In this document: piece after piece, positions 8,590 to 17,890 of the stretch
Position numbering within the stretch: position 1 is the stretch's first letter
How the letters are laid out: the number at the start of each line of letters is the position of its first letter
Assembly: GCA_964291625.2 (NCBI GenBank)
Contig: OZ220089.1
Span: 2,400,001-2,464,000 of the forward strand
Direction: 5' to 3'
Length of the DNA: 64,000 bases
DNA from: Candidatus Latescibacterota bacterium
Lineage (GTDB): Bacteria; Latescibacterota; UBA2968; UBA8231
The notes under the pieces: generated by a model
What the model saw: only the letters and a program-made list of their open reading frames with translations
Told to the model about the DNA's origin: nothing
Databases searched by the model: none
Position numbers and translations under genes: made by a program

Positions 8590-10428
8590 TCAGCGCAGCG
8601 GCCCCCGGCTCGAATCCGCCAGCGGCACGGGCGCCGACAGCCTCACCAGGTCGGGCAGGTCGATCTCCTGCAGCAGTCCGAAGCAGAGCAGTGGCGCGTC
8701 GGCCGCGTAGGACGAGGGCCACTCCACCAGCCGGTCCAGCGAGTCGATCAGACCGGCGGTGACGATCCCGGCGAAGCGCCGGGGCTGCAGGGCCGCCGCC
8801 AGCAGGCAGAGGACCGGCGAGGTCCGGCCCCCGGCGCGCAGGTACAGGTCGCCGGGGTAGTGCCGGGACGCCCAGTCGGCCACGGCCAGCAGCTGGCCGG
8901 CCATGATGCCCAGGGACCGCTCCCCGGCGCTGGCCAGGAGCATGTGGAACTGGAAGGCGCAGGCGTTCTCCCCGGCGCCGAAGAGGTCGAAGGCCAGCAC
9001 CCGGCGCCTCTCCTCCAGGGCCTGCCGCGCCAGGGCCGCCGCCCCGCGGCGCCCGCCGTCGTTGACCACGATCTCCGTGCCCTTCGCCCTTCCCCCCGGC
9101 TCCAGGACCGTGACCGGCACCGACCAAGGGCCGACGCGCAGGGCCCCGTCGCTCAGGGCCAGGCCGCCCCTCGGGGCCCGCCTCGCCAGGGCGCCCTCCG
9201 CCTCGTAGCGGCCCAGGTGCAGGACCCGCTCCAGTCTCCGGCGGGTCACCGCCGCCGCCGGCCGGGCCTTCTCGCGCCGGCGGCGGATCCGCCGCAGGTG
9301 GTCCTGCGCCAGCGAGTAGAGGGTGGCGTTGTCGGCGGGCAGCCCCACGTTCAGCTCGCTCTCCGGGAGCAGCTCCTCCTCGTACGGCAGGTCGTCGTCC
9401 GGCGTGTCCAGGCCCCAGTGCTTGTTCAGGAAGCGGTAGAGCTGGCCGCGGTTGTCGCTCTCGTAGTTGTGGGTCCCGGGGTCGACGTTGTCGTGCAGCT
9501 CGATGTCGCCGCCGGCGCCCAGGCTCTCGAAGACGGCGCGGGCCGGCCGGTACACGGAGAGCCGCGTGCGCCGGGTCTGGAAGCAGCAGTCGTCCTCGCG
9601 GTTGTAGATCAGCAGCGTCGGCCGCGGCGCGAACATGGCGGTGAGCACGTCGTAGTCGGCGGCCGTGCACAGGTCGGCGGGGCACTGCTCCAGGTCGCCC
9701 ATGTCCGCGGCGCACCGGCACCGCTGCCACACCGGCGAGTGGCCGGCCACGGGCACGGGCACGGTGACCCGCTCGTCGAGGGCGGCCAGGACCGCGGTCT
9801 GCCAGCCGCCGCCGGAGAGCCCGGTCATGGCCACCCGCTCCGGGTCGGCGTGGCGGTGGGCGAGGAGCACGTCGAGGCCGCGCTTCATCAGCAGGTAGAA
9901 CACGCCGACGCCTTCGACGCCGCAGAAGTCGAGGAGGCTGATTCGCATGTGGTCGCTGTCGGAGCGCAGCTCCCCCATGCCGATGAACTCGGTGTTCAGG
10001 GCCAGCATGCCGCGCCTGGCCAGGTTGATGCAGCGCGCCTGCTTGTAGTCCATCGCCTTGCCGCCGGCGTGGTGCCCGTTCGGGTTGAGCACGGCGGGCA
10101 CCTTGCCGCGCAGGCCCGTGGGCTCGTAGAGCAGGGCCGGCACCCACAAGCCGGGGTAGCCCTCGTAGCGCAGCTTGCGGATGCGGTACCCCGGGCCGGC
10201 CTCGATGACGCCGCGCTGCTCGACGCGGGGCTGCTCCTCCAGGATGCCGGCGGGATGGCCGCGCAGGAACAACTCGAGGACGGCGGCGCGGGCCTTGGCG
10301 GCGCGTCGCTTCCAGGCCGCGGGGGAGGAGGGTTTCTCCAGGCGGGGAAGGCGCTCGTCGAGGAAGGCGAGCAGCTCCCGGCTGGCGGTGCGCTGGCCGA
10401 GGAGGCGGCGGGACAGGTGGCGTTCCAT
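8590..10428 (-). CDS. Alpha/beta hydrolase (acetylxylan esterase / dienelactone hydrolase-like, two domains)
   Basis: 'PAVLNPNGH', nucleophile elbow 'MTGLSGGGWQT', 'FAPRP', 'GTHNY'. Confidence 0.8.
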   Translation of the reverse strand: MERHLSRRLLGQRTASRELLAFLDERLPRLEKPSSPAAWKRRAAKARAAVLELFLRGHPAGILEEQPRVEQRGVIEAGPGYRIRKLRYEGYPGLWVPALLYEPTGLRGKVPAVLNPNGHHAGGKAMDYKQARCINLARRGMLALNTEFIGMGELRSDSDHMRISLLDFCGVEGVGVFYLLMKRGLDVLLAHRHADPERVAMTGLSGGGWQTAVLAALDERVTVPVPVAGHSPVWQRCRCAADMGDLEQCPADLCTAADYDVLTAMFAPRPTLLIYNREDDCCFQTRRTRLSVYRPARAVFESLGAGGDIELHDNVDPGTHNYESDNRGQLYRFLNKHWGLDTPDDDLPYEEELLPESELNVGLPADNATLYSLAQDHLRRIRRRREKARPAAAVTRRRLERVLHLGRYEAEGALARRAPRGGLALSDGALRVGPWSVPVTVLEPGGRAKGTEIVVNDGGRRGAAALARQALEERRRVLAFDLFGAGENACAFQFHMLLASAGERSLGIMAGQLLAVADWASRHYPGDLYLRAGGRTSPVLCLLAAALQPRRFAGIVTAGLIDSLDRLVEWPSSYAADAPLLCFGLLQEIDLPDLVRLSAPVPLADSSRGPLR

Positions 10429-10507
10429 CTGCATTCTCCGGTGGCAGGTCCGCCGAAGGCTAGGCCGCGGGAGGCCCGGGGCAAAGCCGCCGAGACCCCG
10501 GCCTGGC

Positions 10508-10545
10508 AAAGAGAAAGGCGCCGGCGGGAAGGACCCGCCGGCGCC
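10508..10545 (-). terminator. Rho-independent terminator
   Basis: Stem ggcgccggcggg / cccgccggcgcc (10517-10545) followed on the minus strand by TTTCTCTTT, just downstream of the small ORF. Confidence 0.75.
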
Positions 10546-10578
10546 GGAAATGCCTGGTCTCTCTTCCGAGAGTGGGGA

Positions 10579-10776
10579 CTAGCTGTTGCGCTTGAGCACC
10601 GGAAGGCCGTTGCGGCTCTCGGCCACCTGGTAGCCGTCGGGCACCGCGTCGAGGGCGCCCTCGCGCGCCTCCTTGGCGAAGAAGAAGATGTTCTGGGTGT
10701 TCCCGTTCTTCAGGGTCGTGGTCTTCTGGTGGAGGATGTAGGACGTTCCCTTCGAGTTCGTGAACGAAAACGGCAT
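10579..10776 (-). CDS. Small basic hypothetical protein (65 aa)
   Basis: 'MPFSFTNSKGTSYILHQK...NIFFFAKE...VPDGYQVAESRNGLPVLKR'. GAGGAG RBS, GC3-rich codons, own terminator. Confidence 0.8.
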   Translation of the reverse strand: MPFSFTNSKGTSYILHQKTTTLKNGNTQNIFFFAKEAREGALDAVPDGYQVAESRNGLPVLKRNS

Positions 10777-10913
10777 GGGCGAGAGCTCCTCTCGTCGGTT
10801 GAGTGTGGATCGATGGGCCAAAAGTACCCAAGTTCGCCGAAATCTGCCACGTCCCCGGCGTCCTTGACATGCCTTGAGCCGCCGGGCTACATCTACCGCC
10901 CCAAAGGTCCCCC

Positions 10914-11690
10914 GTGACAGACGAACCGAACGTCATCCCCGCCGGCGAGAATCCCTTCGGGGGCGTCATCCCCGAACCGGGCGCCCTCGACCCCGACCCG
11001 GCGCGCTTCGCCGCCCAACTCGAGGCCTCCATGGCCCGCTGGCGCGACCAGGAATACCGCGTCGTCTGGCTCGAGATCTCCCTCGACCGGGCGGCGCTGA
11101 TCCCCGTGGCCGCGGCGGCCGGGTTCACCTTCCACCACTCCAACGACGACAGCCTGATGATGACGGCGCGCCTCGAAGAGGACGCCTTCATCCCCGCCCA
11201 CGCCTCGCACTACATCGGCGTCGGCGGCGTGGCCATCAACGACCGCGACGAGCTGCTCGTGGTCAGCGAGAGGTACCACCGCACCCCCCGCCGGCGCGGG
11301 AGCTACAAGCTGCCCGGCGGCGCCCTGCACGAAGGGGAGCACCTGGTGGAAGGCATCGTCCGCGAGGTCTTCGAGGAGACGGGGGTACGCACCGAGTTCG
11401 ACGCCCTCGTCTGCTTCCGCCACTGGCACGGCTACCGCTACGGCAAGTCGGACATCTACTTCGTCTGCCGCCTGCGGCCCCTCGACGAGCGCATCACCAT
11501 CCAGGAGGAGGAGATCGCCGAGAGCCGCTGGATGCCGGTGCAGGAGTACTACGAGGCCGAGGGCGTGAGCGACTTCAACAAGAAGATCGTGCGCGCCGCC
11601 CGCGACAGCGCCGGCATCCGCCCCACCGAGCTGGAGGGCTACGGCGACCCGGCGCGGTTCGAGTTCTTCATGCCCCACCCCGGCCAGTAG
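10914..11690 (+). CDS. Nudix hydrolase with N-terminal pre-Nudix domain (NUDT6-like)
   Basis: Nudix box 'GGALHEGEHLVEGIVREVFEETGV', 'GFTFHH', 'FRHWHGYRYGKSDIYFVC'. Confidence 0.85.
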   Translation: MTDEPNVIPAGENPFGGVIPEPGALDPDPARFAAQLEASMARWRDQEYRVVWLEISLDRAALIPVAAAAGFTFHHSNDDSLMMTARLEEDAFIPAHASHYIGVGGVAINDRDELLVVSERYHRTPRRRGSYKLPGGALHEGEHLVEGIVREVFEETGVRTEFDALVCFRHWHGYRYGKSDIYFVCRLRPLDERITIQEEEIAESRWMPVQEYYEAEGVSDFNKKIVRAARDSAGIRPTELEGYGDPARFEFFMPHPGQ

Positions 11691-11702
11691 GGACCGCCCC
11701 TG

Positions 11703-12848
11703 ATGCGCCTCGACGTCGTGCAGCTCACCGGCGCCGAATTCGACGAGGCGATCGGGTTCCTCGACGGCGTCTTCGGCGAGCACCGGCCCCACGACTTCGC
11801 CACCCTCCTGCCGTCGATCTACCAGCCCTGCGACGAGTTGATGTCCTGCAACCACGCCCTGCGCGTGGACGGGCGGATCCGCGCCATCGTCGGCCTCTTC
11901 CCCATCGACTGGCAGGTGGGCGGCCGCCTGCTGAAGGTCGGCGGCATCGGCGGCGTCTCCACCCACCCCGGCGACCGCGGCAAGGGCTACATGGGGGTTC
12001 TCATGCGCCACTGCGTGGAGCGCATGAAGGCCGAGGGATTCCACCTCTCCTGGCTCGGCGGACAGCGCCAGCGCTACGGCTACTTCGGGTACGAGAAGTG
12101 CGGCCAGACGGTCTCCTTCGACCTGGGGCCGGCCAACCTGCGCCACGCCGGCCCGGAGACGGCGGGTCTGCGCTTCGAAGCTCTGGAGCCGGGCCACTCC
12201 GAGCGACTGGAGCAGGCCTGGGTGATGCACCGGGCCCAGCGGGTCCACTGCCGGCGCCGCAAGCCCTGGTTCCACCGCTACCTGCGCGCCTGGTACAACC
12301 GCCCCCACGCGGCCCTCGACGGTTCCGGCGAGATGGCCGGTTACCTGGTGGCCGGCGGAGAGGGCGGCCAGGTGGTCGAGCTGGTCGGCCGCGACCAGGA
12401 GACGGCCCTGGCCATGGCCCCGGCGTGGGTGCAGGCGCGAGACGCCGGCTCCGTGCGCTTCACCCTGCCGCCGGAGCGGCGGGGCCTGGTGCGAGGGCTG
12501 GGCGCGGTGGCCGAGTCGGTGAGCGTGGCCTCCTCCGGGAACTGGCAGGTCTTCGACTGGGCGGCCACGGTGGAGGCCCTGATGGGGGTCTGCGACGGTC
12601 TGCCGGAGGGCGAGGCCGACCTCGGCATCGAGGGCTACGGGAAGCTGAGAGTCCGCGTGCGGGACGGAAGGGTCGAGTGCCGGCGGGAGGATGCCGGCGG
12701 CGGCGTCACCTGGGACCCGCGAACGGCGATGCGCGTCCTCTTCGGACCGCTGGCGCCGGAGCTTGTGACCGACGTGCCCCCGGCCCTGGACGCGCTCCGG
12801 GCCTGGTGCCCGCTGCCCCTCGGCTGGCTGCGTCCGGACGGAGTCTGA
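11703..12848 (+). CDS. GNAT acetyltransferase (Eis-like, multi-domain)
   Basis: 'GIGGVSTHPGDRGKGYMG', 'LGGQRQRYGYFGYE'. Confidence 0.8.
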   Translation: MRLDVVQLTGAEFDEAIGFLDGVFGEHRPHDFATLLPSIYQPCDELMSCNHALRVDGRIRAIVGLFPIDWQVGGRLLKVGGIGGVSTHPGDRGKGYMGVLMRHCVERMKAEGFHLSWLGGQRQRYGYFGYEKCGQTVSFDLGPANLRHAGPETAGLRFEALEPGHSERLEQAWVMHRAQRVHCRRRKPWFHRYLRAWYNRPHAALDGSGEMAGYLVAGGEGGQVVELVGRDQETALAMAPAWVQARDAGSVRFTLPPERRGLVRGLGAVAESVSVASSGNWQVFDWAATVEALMGVCDGLPEGEADLGIEGYGKLRVRVRDGRVECRREDAGGGVTWDPRTAMRVLFGPLAPELVTDVPPALDALRAWCPLPLGWLRPDGV

Positions 12849-12942
12849 GGGAGCCCCGGCCCCGCCCGGGCCACCCGGCCCTGGAAGCCCTGCGGGCCTG
12901 GTGCCCGCTGCCCCTCGCTGGCTGCTCCCCGACGGGGTCTAG
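12779..12942 (+). repeat. Imperfect direct duplication of the GNAT gene 3' end (~12779-12848 and ~12874-12942)
   Basis: cccggccctggacgcgctccgggcctggtgcccgctgcccctcggctggctgcgtccggacggagtctga vs cccggccctggaagccctgcgggcctggtgcccgctgcccctc-gctggctgctccccgacggggtctag. Confidence 0.9.
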
Positions 12943-13931
12943 GCCAGCCCCGCCTTCTCCAGCACCTCCGGGTTGACCACGTTGCGGGGCCTGCGCCCTT
13001 CGAGGACGGCGACGATCTCCCGCGCCCCGAGCTCGGCCATGCGGGTCCGGGCGGTGACCGTGTTCGAGCCGCTGTGGGGCGTCGCGACAACCTGCTCGAG
13101 GGCGACGAGCCGCGACGAGTCGCCGGCGGGCGGTTCCGTGGCCTGGCAGTCGAGGCCGGCTCCGGCCAGATGGCCGTCCTCCAGGGCCGCGACCAAGGCC
13201 GGCTCGTCGACGAGGCCGCCGCGGGCGGTGTTGATCAGCCAGCCCCCCCGCTTCATGCGGCGCAGGAAGCCGGCGTCGACGATGCCGGCGTTCTCCGGCG
13301 ACATGGGCAGGTGCAGGCTGACGGCGTCGGAGCCGGCCAGCAGGCCGTCGAGGTCGACCGGCTCGGCGCCGATCTCGCGCAGCCTCTCCGGATCGACCCA
13401 GGGATCGTGGACCAGGACCCGCATGCGGAAGCCGAGGGCCCGCCGGACCACCTCGGCGCCGATGCGCCCGCAGCCGAGCAGGCCCAGGGTCATCGATGCC
13501 AGGTCCTCGCCCATGAAGGCCTCGTAGCCCCCGGCCTTCACGTGCCGGTCCTGCGCGGAGAGGCCGCGCACCACGGCCAGCAGCAGGCCCATGGCGAGGT
13601 CGGCCACGGCGTCGGCCATGACGCCCGGGGTGTAGCAGACCACGATCCCCCGCCGCGTGCAGTAGTCGACGTCGACCCGGTCGTAGCCGACGCCGTTGCG
13701 GCAGACGACCTTCAGGCGCTCGGCGGCGGCCATGGTCGACTCGTCCAGGCGCTCGGCGCCGGCGAGGATGGCGTCGGCGCCGCTCAGCGATTCGCGGGTG
13801 TCGTCGTCGAGCCAGTCGGGTCCGCCGTAGCGGTGCTCCCAGTCGATGCCGGCGGCGTCGAAGATCTCCGCCGAGGGCCGGCGGCCGGCGATGTCGAGGT
13901 TGACGGTGATGACGGCCCGTGGCCTGCCCAT
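12939..13931 (-). CDS. D-2-hydroxyacid dehydrogenase (phosphoglycerate dehydrogenase-like)
   Basis: 'GVGYDRVD', 'GLLGCGRIG', 'LINTARGGLVDE', 'ATPHSG'. Confidence 0.9.
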   Translation of the reverse strand: MGRPRAVITVNLDIAGRRPSAEIFDAAGIDWEHRYGGPDWLDDDTRESLSGADAILAGAERLDESTMAAAERLKVVCRNGVGYDRVDVDYCTRRGIVVCYTPGVMADAVADLAMGLLLAVVRGLSAQDRHVKAGGYEAFMGEDLASMTLGLLGCGRIGAEVVRRALGFRMRVLVHDPWVDPERLREIGAEPVDLDGLLAGSDAVSLHLPMSPENAGIVDAGFLRRMKRGGWLINTARGGLVDEPALVAALEDGHLAGAGLDCQATEPPAGDSSRLVALEQVVATPHSGSNTVTARTRMAELGAREIVAVLEGRRPRNVVNPEVLEKAGLA

Positions 13932-14023
13932 GGACGCTCCTATATTTGGTCGTGGAAATCGAGCGCCTGAATAAGGCCCGCCCGCCAGCTCCGCGCCATG
14001 GCCCGCCATCCCGGAGGAGACCG

Positions 14024-15091
14024 ATGCTGCACCCGACGGACGACCTGCGCATTGCCGGGATCAAGCCGCTGATCCCGCCGGCGATCCTGATGGAGGAACT
14101 GCCGATCTCGGAGCCGGCCTCGGCCACGGTGAGCCACCGCCGCGACGAGGTCCGCGCCGCCCTCGAAGGGCGCGACGACCGACTGGTGGTGATCGCCGGT
14201 CCGTGCTCCATCCACGAGCCGGAGTCGGCCCACGAGTACGCGGAGCGCCTGACCGGGGCCGCCGGCCCCTACGCCGGCGACCTGATCGTCCTCATGCGCG
14301 TCTACTTCGAGAAGCCTCGCACCACGGTGGGGTGGAAGGGGCTGATCAACGACCCCGGTCTCGACGACACCTTCCGCATCAACGAGGGCCTGCGCACCGC
14401 CCGCAGGCTGCTCCTCGACCTGGCCGACCGAGGCCTTGGCGCCGGCACCGAGTTCCTCGACACGATCACCCCCCAGTTCATCGCCGACCTCGTCTCCTGG
14501 GGGGCGATCGGCGCCCGCACCACCGAGAGCCAGGTCCACCGCGAGCTGGCCTCGGGTCTGTCCATGCCGGTGGGCTTCAAGAACGGCACCGGCGGCAGCA
14601 CCCAGCTGGCCATCGACGCCATCAAGGCCGCCCGGGGCGCCCACCACTTCCTCTCGGTCACCAAGCAGGGGATCTCGGCGATCGTGGCCACCACCGGCAA
14701 CGACGCCTGCCACGTGATCCTGCGCGGCGCCGGCTCCGGCCCGAACTACGACCGCGCCACCGTCGACGCCCTGGCCGCGCGCCTCGACGAGGAAGATCTG
14801 CCGCACCGGGTGGTGATCGACTGCAGCCACGGCAACAGCGACAAGGACCACCTCCGGCAGGCCGCCGTCGCCGAGGAGGTGGCGGCCCAGGTCGCCGGCG
14901 GGTCGGACCACCTCTTCGGCGTCATGATGGAGAGCCACCTCGTCGAGGGCCGTCAGGACCTGGTGCCGGGGCGGACCCCGGCCTACGGACAGAGCATCAC
15001 CGACGCCTGCATGTCCTGGGAGCAGACGACGCAGATCCTGGAGCTGCTGGCCGGGGCGGTCCGCCAGCGCCGCGCCGGCCGGACCGGTTGA
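14024..15091 (+). CDS. aroG: 3-deoxy-7-phosphoheptulonate (DAHP) synthase, class I alpha (AroF/G/H type)
   Basis: 'GPCSIH', 'MRVYFEKPRTTVGWKGLINDP', 'IGARTTESQVHRELASG', 'IDCSHGNS', 'YGQSITDAC'. Isozyme identity is not resolvable. Confidence 0.95.
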   Translation: MLHPTDDLRIAGIKPLIPPAILMEELPISEPASATVSHRRDEVRAALEGRDDRLVVIAGPCSIHEPESAHEYAERLTGAAGPYAGDLIVLMRVYFEKPRTTVGWKGLINDPGLDDTFRINEGLRTARRLLLDLADRGLGAGTEFLDTITPQFIADLVSWGAIGARTTESQVHRELASGLSMPVGFKNGTGGSTQLAIDAIKAARGAHHFLSVTKQGISAIVATTGNDACHVILRGAGSGPNYDRATVDALAARLDEEDLPHRVVIDCSHGNSDKDHLRQAAVAEEVAAQVAGGSDHLFGVMMESHLVEGRQDLVPGRTPAYGQSITDACMSWEQTTQILELLAGAVRQRRAGRTG

Positions 15092-16326
15092 CCGGCCCTC
15101 CGGCCGAAGGGCCGTCCAGCCCCTACCTGCAAGTGGGGCTGCTGTTCGTCTGCGAGGCCCTGACCCGCACCTCCGCCGTCATCCTGCTGACCACCATGGG
15201 CCTGGCGGGGAGCCGCCTGACGCCGGACCCCTCGCTGACGACCCTGCCCCTGGCGCTGGTGCCGGTGGCCACCACCCTGACCACGATCCCGGCCGCCCAC
15301 TGGATGCGCCGCCACGGCCGCCGGGCCGGCTTCCTCACCGGCGGCGCCCTCGGCGTGGCCGGGGCCCTGGTGGCCGCGGCGGCGGCCTGGCGCGGGGAGT
15401 TCCTGCTGCTCTGCGCCGGCGCCCTGCTCATCGGCACGGTGAACGGCTTCGCCACCTACTACCGGTTCGCCGCGGCCGAGGTCTCGCCGCCGGCCTTCCG
15501 CAGCCGCGCCATCTCGCTGGTCATGGCCGGCGGCGTAATCGCCGCCGTGGCCGGAGCGACGATGGCCGCCGAGACCCGCTTCCTCTGGGAGGGCCGCGAG
15601 TTCGCCGGCTCCTTCGGCTGCATCGTCGTCCTCCAGGCCCTGATCCTGCTGGTCATGTCCTTCACCCGCCTGCCGCCGCCGACGCCGCGCTCCGAGGCCG
15701 GAGGCGGCCGGCCCCTGACCCGCATCGCCGCCCACCCCACCTTCCGCATGGCCCTCCTCGGCGCCGTGGCCAGTTGGGGCCTCATGTCCCTGCTGATGAA
15801 CGCCACGCCCCTGTCGATGGAGCGCCACCACCACGCCTTCCACGACACGGCGCGGGTGATCCAGTGGCACGTCCTCGGCATGTACGTGCCTTCCTTCTTC
15901 ACCGGGAGCATCGTGCAGCGGCTCGGCGAGCGGCCCGTCATGTTCGCCGGCATCCTGCTCATCGGCGTCTCCGCCCTCGTCAACCTCGGCGGCACCGAGG
16001 TGGTCTGGTACATGGCCGGCCTGACCCTGCTCGGCGTCGGCTGGAACTTCCTCTTCGTCTCGTGCACCAGCCTGCTCACCGGCACCTACTCCGGCGAAGG
16101 CGAGAAGACGCGGGTGCAGTCGGCCAACGATTTCCTGATCTTTGCCACCATGATCCTGTCGTCGTTCTCGTCCGGGGCCCTGGAGGCGCGCATCGGCTGG
16201 TACCAGCTGAACCTGGCCGCCCTGGTGGCGACTGCCCTGGTGGCGGCCACCCTCGCGGGGCTGGCCTGGCGGGAGCGGCGGCTGGCCGGAGAGGAGGCGC
16301 GTCATGCGGCACCGGAACCTCGGTAA
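15088..16326 (+). CDS. MFS transporter
   Basis: About 12 hydrophobic segments, 'YRFAAAE', 'RAISLVMAGG', 'IQWHVLGMYVPSFFTG'. TTG start overlaps the aroG stop (start uncertain). Confidence 0.85.
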   Translation: MTGPPAEGPSSPYLQVGLLFVCEALTRTSAVILLTTMGLAGSRLTPDPSLTTLPLALVPVATTLTTIPAAHWMRRHGRRAGFLTGGALGVAGALVAAAAAWRGEFLLLCAGALLIGTVNGFATYYRFAAAEVSPPAFRSRAISLVMAGGVIAAVAGATMAAETRFLWEGREFAGSFGCIVVLQALILLVMSFTRLPPPTPRSEAGGGRPLTRIAAHPTFRMALLGAVASWGLMSLLMNATPLSMERHHHAFHDTARVIQWHVLGMYVPSFFTGSIVQRLGERPVMFAGILLIGVSALVNLGGTEVVWYMAGLTLLGVGWNFLFVSCTSLLTGTYSGEGEKTRVQSANDFLIFATMILSSFSSGALEARIGWYQLNLAALVATALVAATLAGLAWRERRLAGEEARHAAPEPR

Positions 16327-17209
16327 GGGCGGACCCCGCATCCCGGTGATCGGCCTGGGCGCCTGGCCGATCGGCGGCGGCATGGGAGGCGTGGACGAGG
16401 CGGAGGCGGTCCGCACGGTGCGCGGCGCCATCGACGCCGGCGTCACCCTCGTGGACACGGCCCAGGCCTACGGCCCCAGCGAGTCGATCGTCGGCCGGGC
16501 CCTGCGCGACGGCTACCGCGAGCGCTGCTTCCTGGCCACCAAGGTCAGCGGCGACTACTCCCCGGCCGGGGTGCGCGCCGCCATGGACGACTCCCTGCGC
16601 GCCCTCGGCGTCGACCACGTCGACCTCTACCAGGTGCACTCCTGGCGCGGCGAGCGGGACCCGATCGAGGAAACGATGGCCGCCATGGCCCGCCTCCAGG
16701 AGGAGGGCAAGACCCGGCACCTGGGAGTCTCCAACTTCGACGCCGCCCAGATGGAGGCCGCCCGCGCGGCCGCCCCCTTCGTCTCCTCCCAGCCGCGCTA
16801 CAGCATGCTCCACCGGGAGATCGAGGCGGCCGACCTGCCGTGGTGCGAGGCCAACGGCGTCGGCAACCTGGCCCACAGCCCCTTGGCCAAGGGTCTGCTC
16901 ACCGGCCGCTACGCCCCCGGCCACGTCTTCCCCGACGATGACGAGCGGTCGAAGTCCCCCCGCTTCCAGGGGGAGAGCTTCGCCCGCAGCTGCGCCGTGG
17001 CCGCGCGCCTGGGCGAGGTCGCCGCCGACAAGCGAATCACCCTCGTGCAGATGGCCATCGCCTGGTGCCTGCGGCAGCCGGCGGTCAGCTGCGTCCTCGT
17101 CGGCGCCAAGAGCCTCGAGCAGGTTCAGGAGCACGTGGGCGCGGCGGAGGTCTCCTTCGACGCCGGCGAGCTCGCCCGCATCGACGCGATCCTGCGGGAG
17201 GCACCCTGA
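16304..17209 (+). CDS. Aldo/keto reductase
   Basis: 'IGLGAW', 'DTAQAYG', 'LATKV', 'DLYQVH', 'GVSNF', 'SPLAKGLLTG'. Confidence 0.92.
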   Translation: MRHRNLGKGGPRIPVIGLGAWPIGGGMGGVDEAEAVRTVRGAIDAGVTLVDTAQAYGPSESIVGRALRDGYRERCFLATKVSGDYSPAGVRAAMDDSLRALGVDHVDLYQVHSWRGERDPIEETMAAMARLQEEGKTRHLGVSNFDAAQMEAARAAAPFVSSQPRYSMLHREIEAADLPWCEANGVGNLAHSPLAKGLLTGRYAPGHVFPDDDERSKSPRFQGESFARSCAVAARLGEVAADKRITLVQMAIAWCLRQPAVSCVLVGAKSLEQVQEHVGAAEVSFDAGELARIDAILREAP

Positions 17210-17235
17210 CCTCTCCCCCCGCCAGCGACGGATCC

Positions 17236-17685
17236 GTGCGCGTCCGGTCCGCCCGCCCCGGGGACCTGGAGTCCCTGGTCGACTTCAACTGCCGCCTGGC
17301 GCGGGAGACCGAGGACCACGAGCTGGACCCGGCGACCGTGCGCCGCGGCCTCTCCAGGCTCTTCGACAACCCCGCGGCCGGGTTCTACACCGTGGCCGAG
17401 CTGGAGGGCCGCGTCGTCGGCTGCCTGCTGATCACCTTCGAGTGGTCGGACTGGCGCGACGGCTGGCTGTGGTGGATCCAGAGCGTCTACGTCGAGGCGG
17501 CCGCCCGGCGCCGGGGCGTGTTCCGGCAGCTCTTCGAGCACGTCCGCGCCAAGGCCGAGACCGACGGCGACGTGCGCGGCCTGCGGCTCTACGTGGAGCG
17601 CGAGAACGGCCGGGCCCAGGCGACCTACGCCTCCATGGGCCTCGAGGAGGCGCCCTACAAGCTCTACGAGCGGTTCTTCCCCTGA
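17236..17685 (+). CDS. GNAT family N-acetyltransferase
   Basis: 'ITFEWSDWRDGWLWWIQSVYVEAAARRRGVF...LRLYVERENGRAQATY'. Start uncertain (17206-17236). Confidence 0.85.
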   Translation: MRVRSARPGDLESLVDFNCRLARETEDHELDPATVRRGLSRLFDNPAAGFYTVAELEGRVVGCLLITFEWSDWRDGWLWWIQSVYVEAAARRRGVFRQLFEHVRAKAETDGDVRGLRLYVERENGRAQATYASMGLEEAPYKLYERFFP

Positions 17686-17744
17686 GCCCTTGCCCCCATT
17701 CAGCCCCGTCCGCTTATTCGAGAAGCTGTTCCTGCAACACAGAT

Positions 17745-17821
17745 GGCGGCGTAGCTCAGCTGGTTAGAGCATCGGAATCATAATCCGAGTGTCCGGGGTT
17801 CGAGTCCCTGCGCCGCTACCA
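17745..17821 (+). tRNA. tRNA-Met (CAT), elongator-type
   Basis: GGCGGCG acceptor stem, D-arm TAGCTCAGCTGGTTAGAGC, anticodon arm TCGGA-ATCATAA-TCCGA, T-loop GGTTCGAGTCC, encoded CCA. Initiator hallmarks are absent. Confidence 0.95.
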
Positions 17822-17835
17822 GATGCCCTGCACCG

Positions 17836-17876
17836 ACAGGCCCCCGACGATCGACCGCCGGGGGCTTGTTGCGTTT
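17836..17876 (+). terminator. Terminator after tRNA
   Basis: acaggcccccg...cgggggcttgt stem followed by TGCGTTT. Confidence 0.6.
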
Positions 17877-17890
17877 CTGGCCCTGAGCCC

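Noticed and set aside
13941-13950. Bacteroidota-type TAnnTTTG promoter elements (here and ~38450)
   Set aside because: Only two instances, and both also fit an ordinary TAnnnT -10; needs a genome-wide motif analysis.
14203-16326. Apparent long fusions in the ORF track (14203..16326, 38454..40838, 53968..56265, 57202..59943)
   Set aside because: The N-terminal parts are off-frame overlaps of the preceding genes; the true starts overlap the upstream stop codons.
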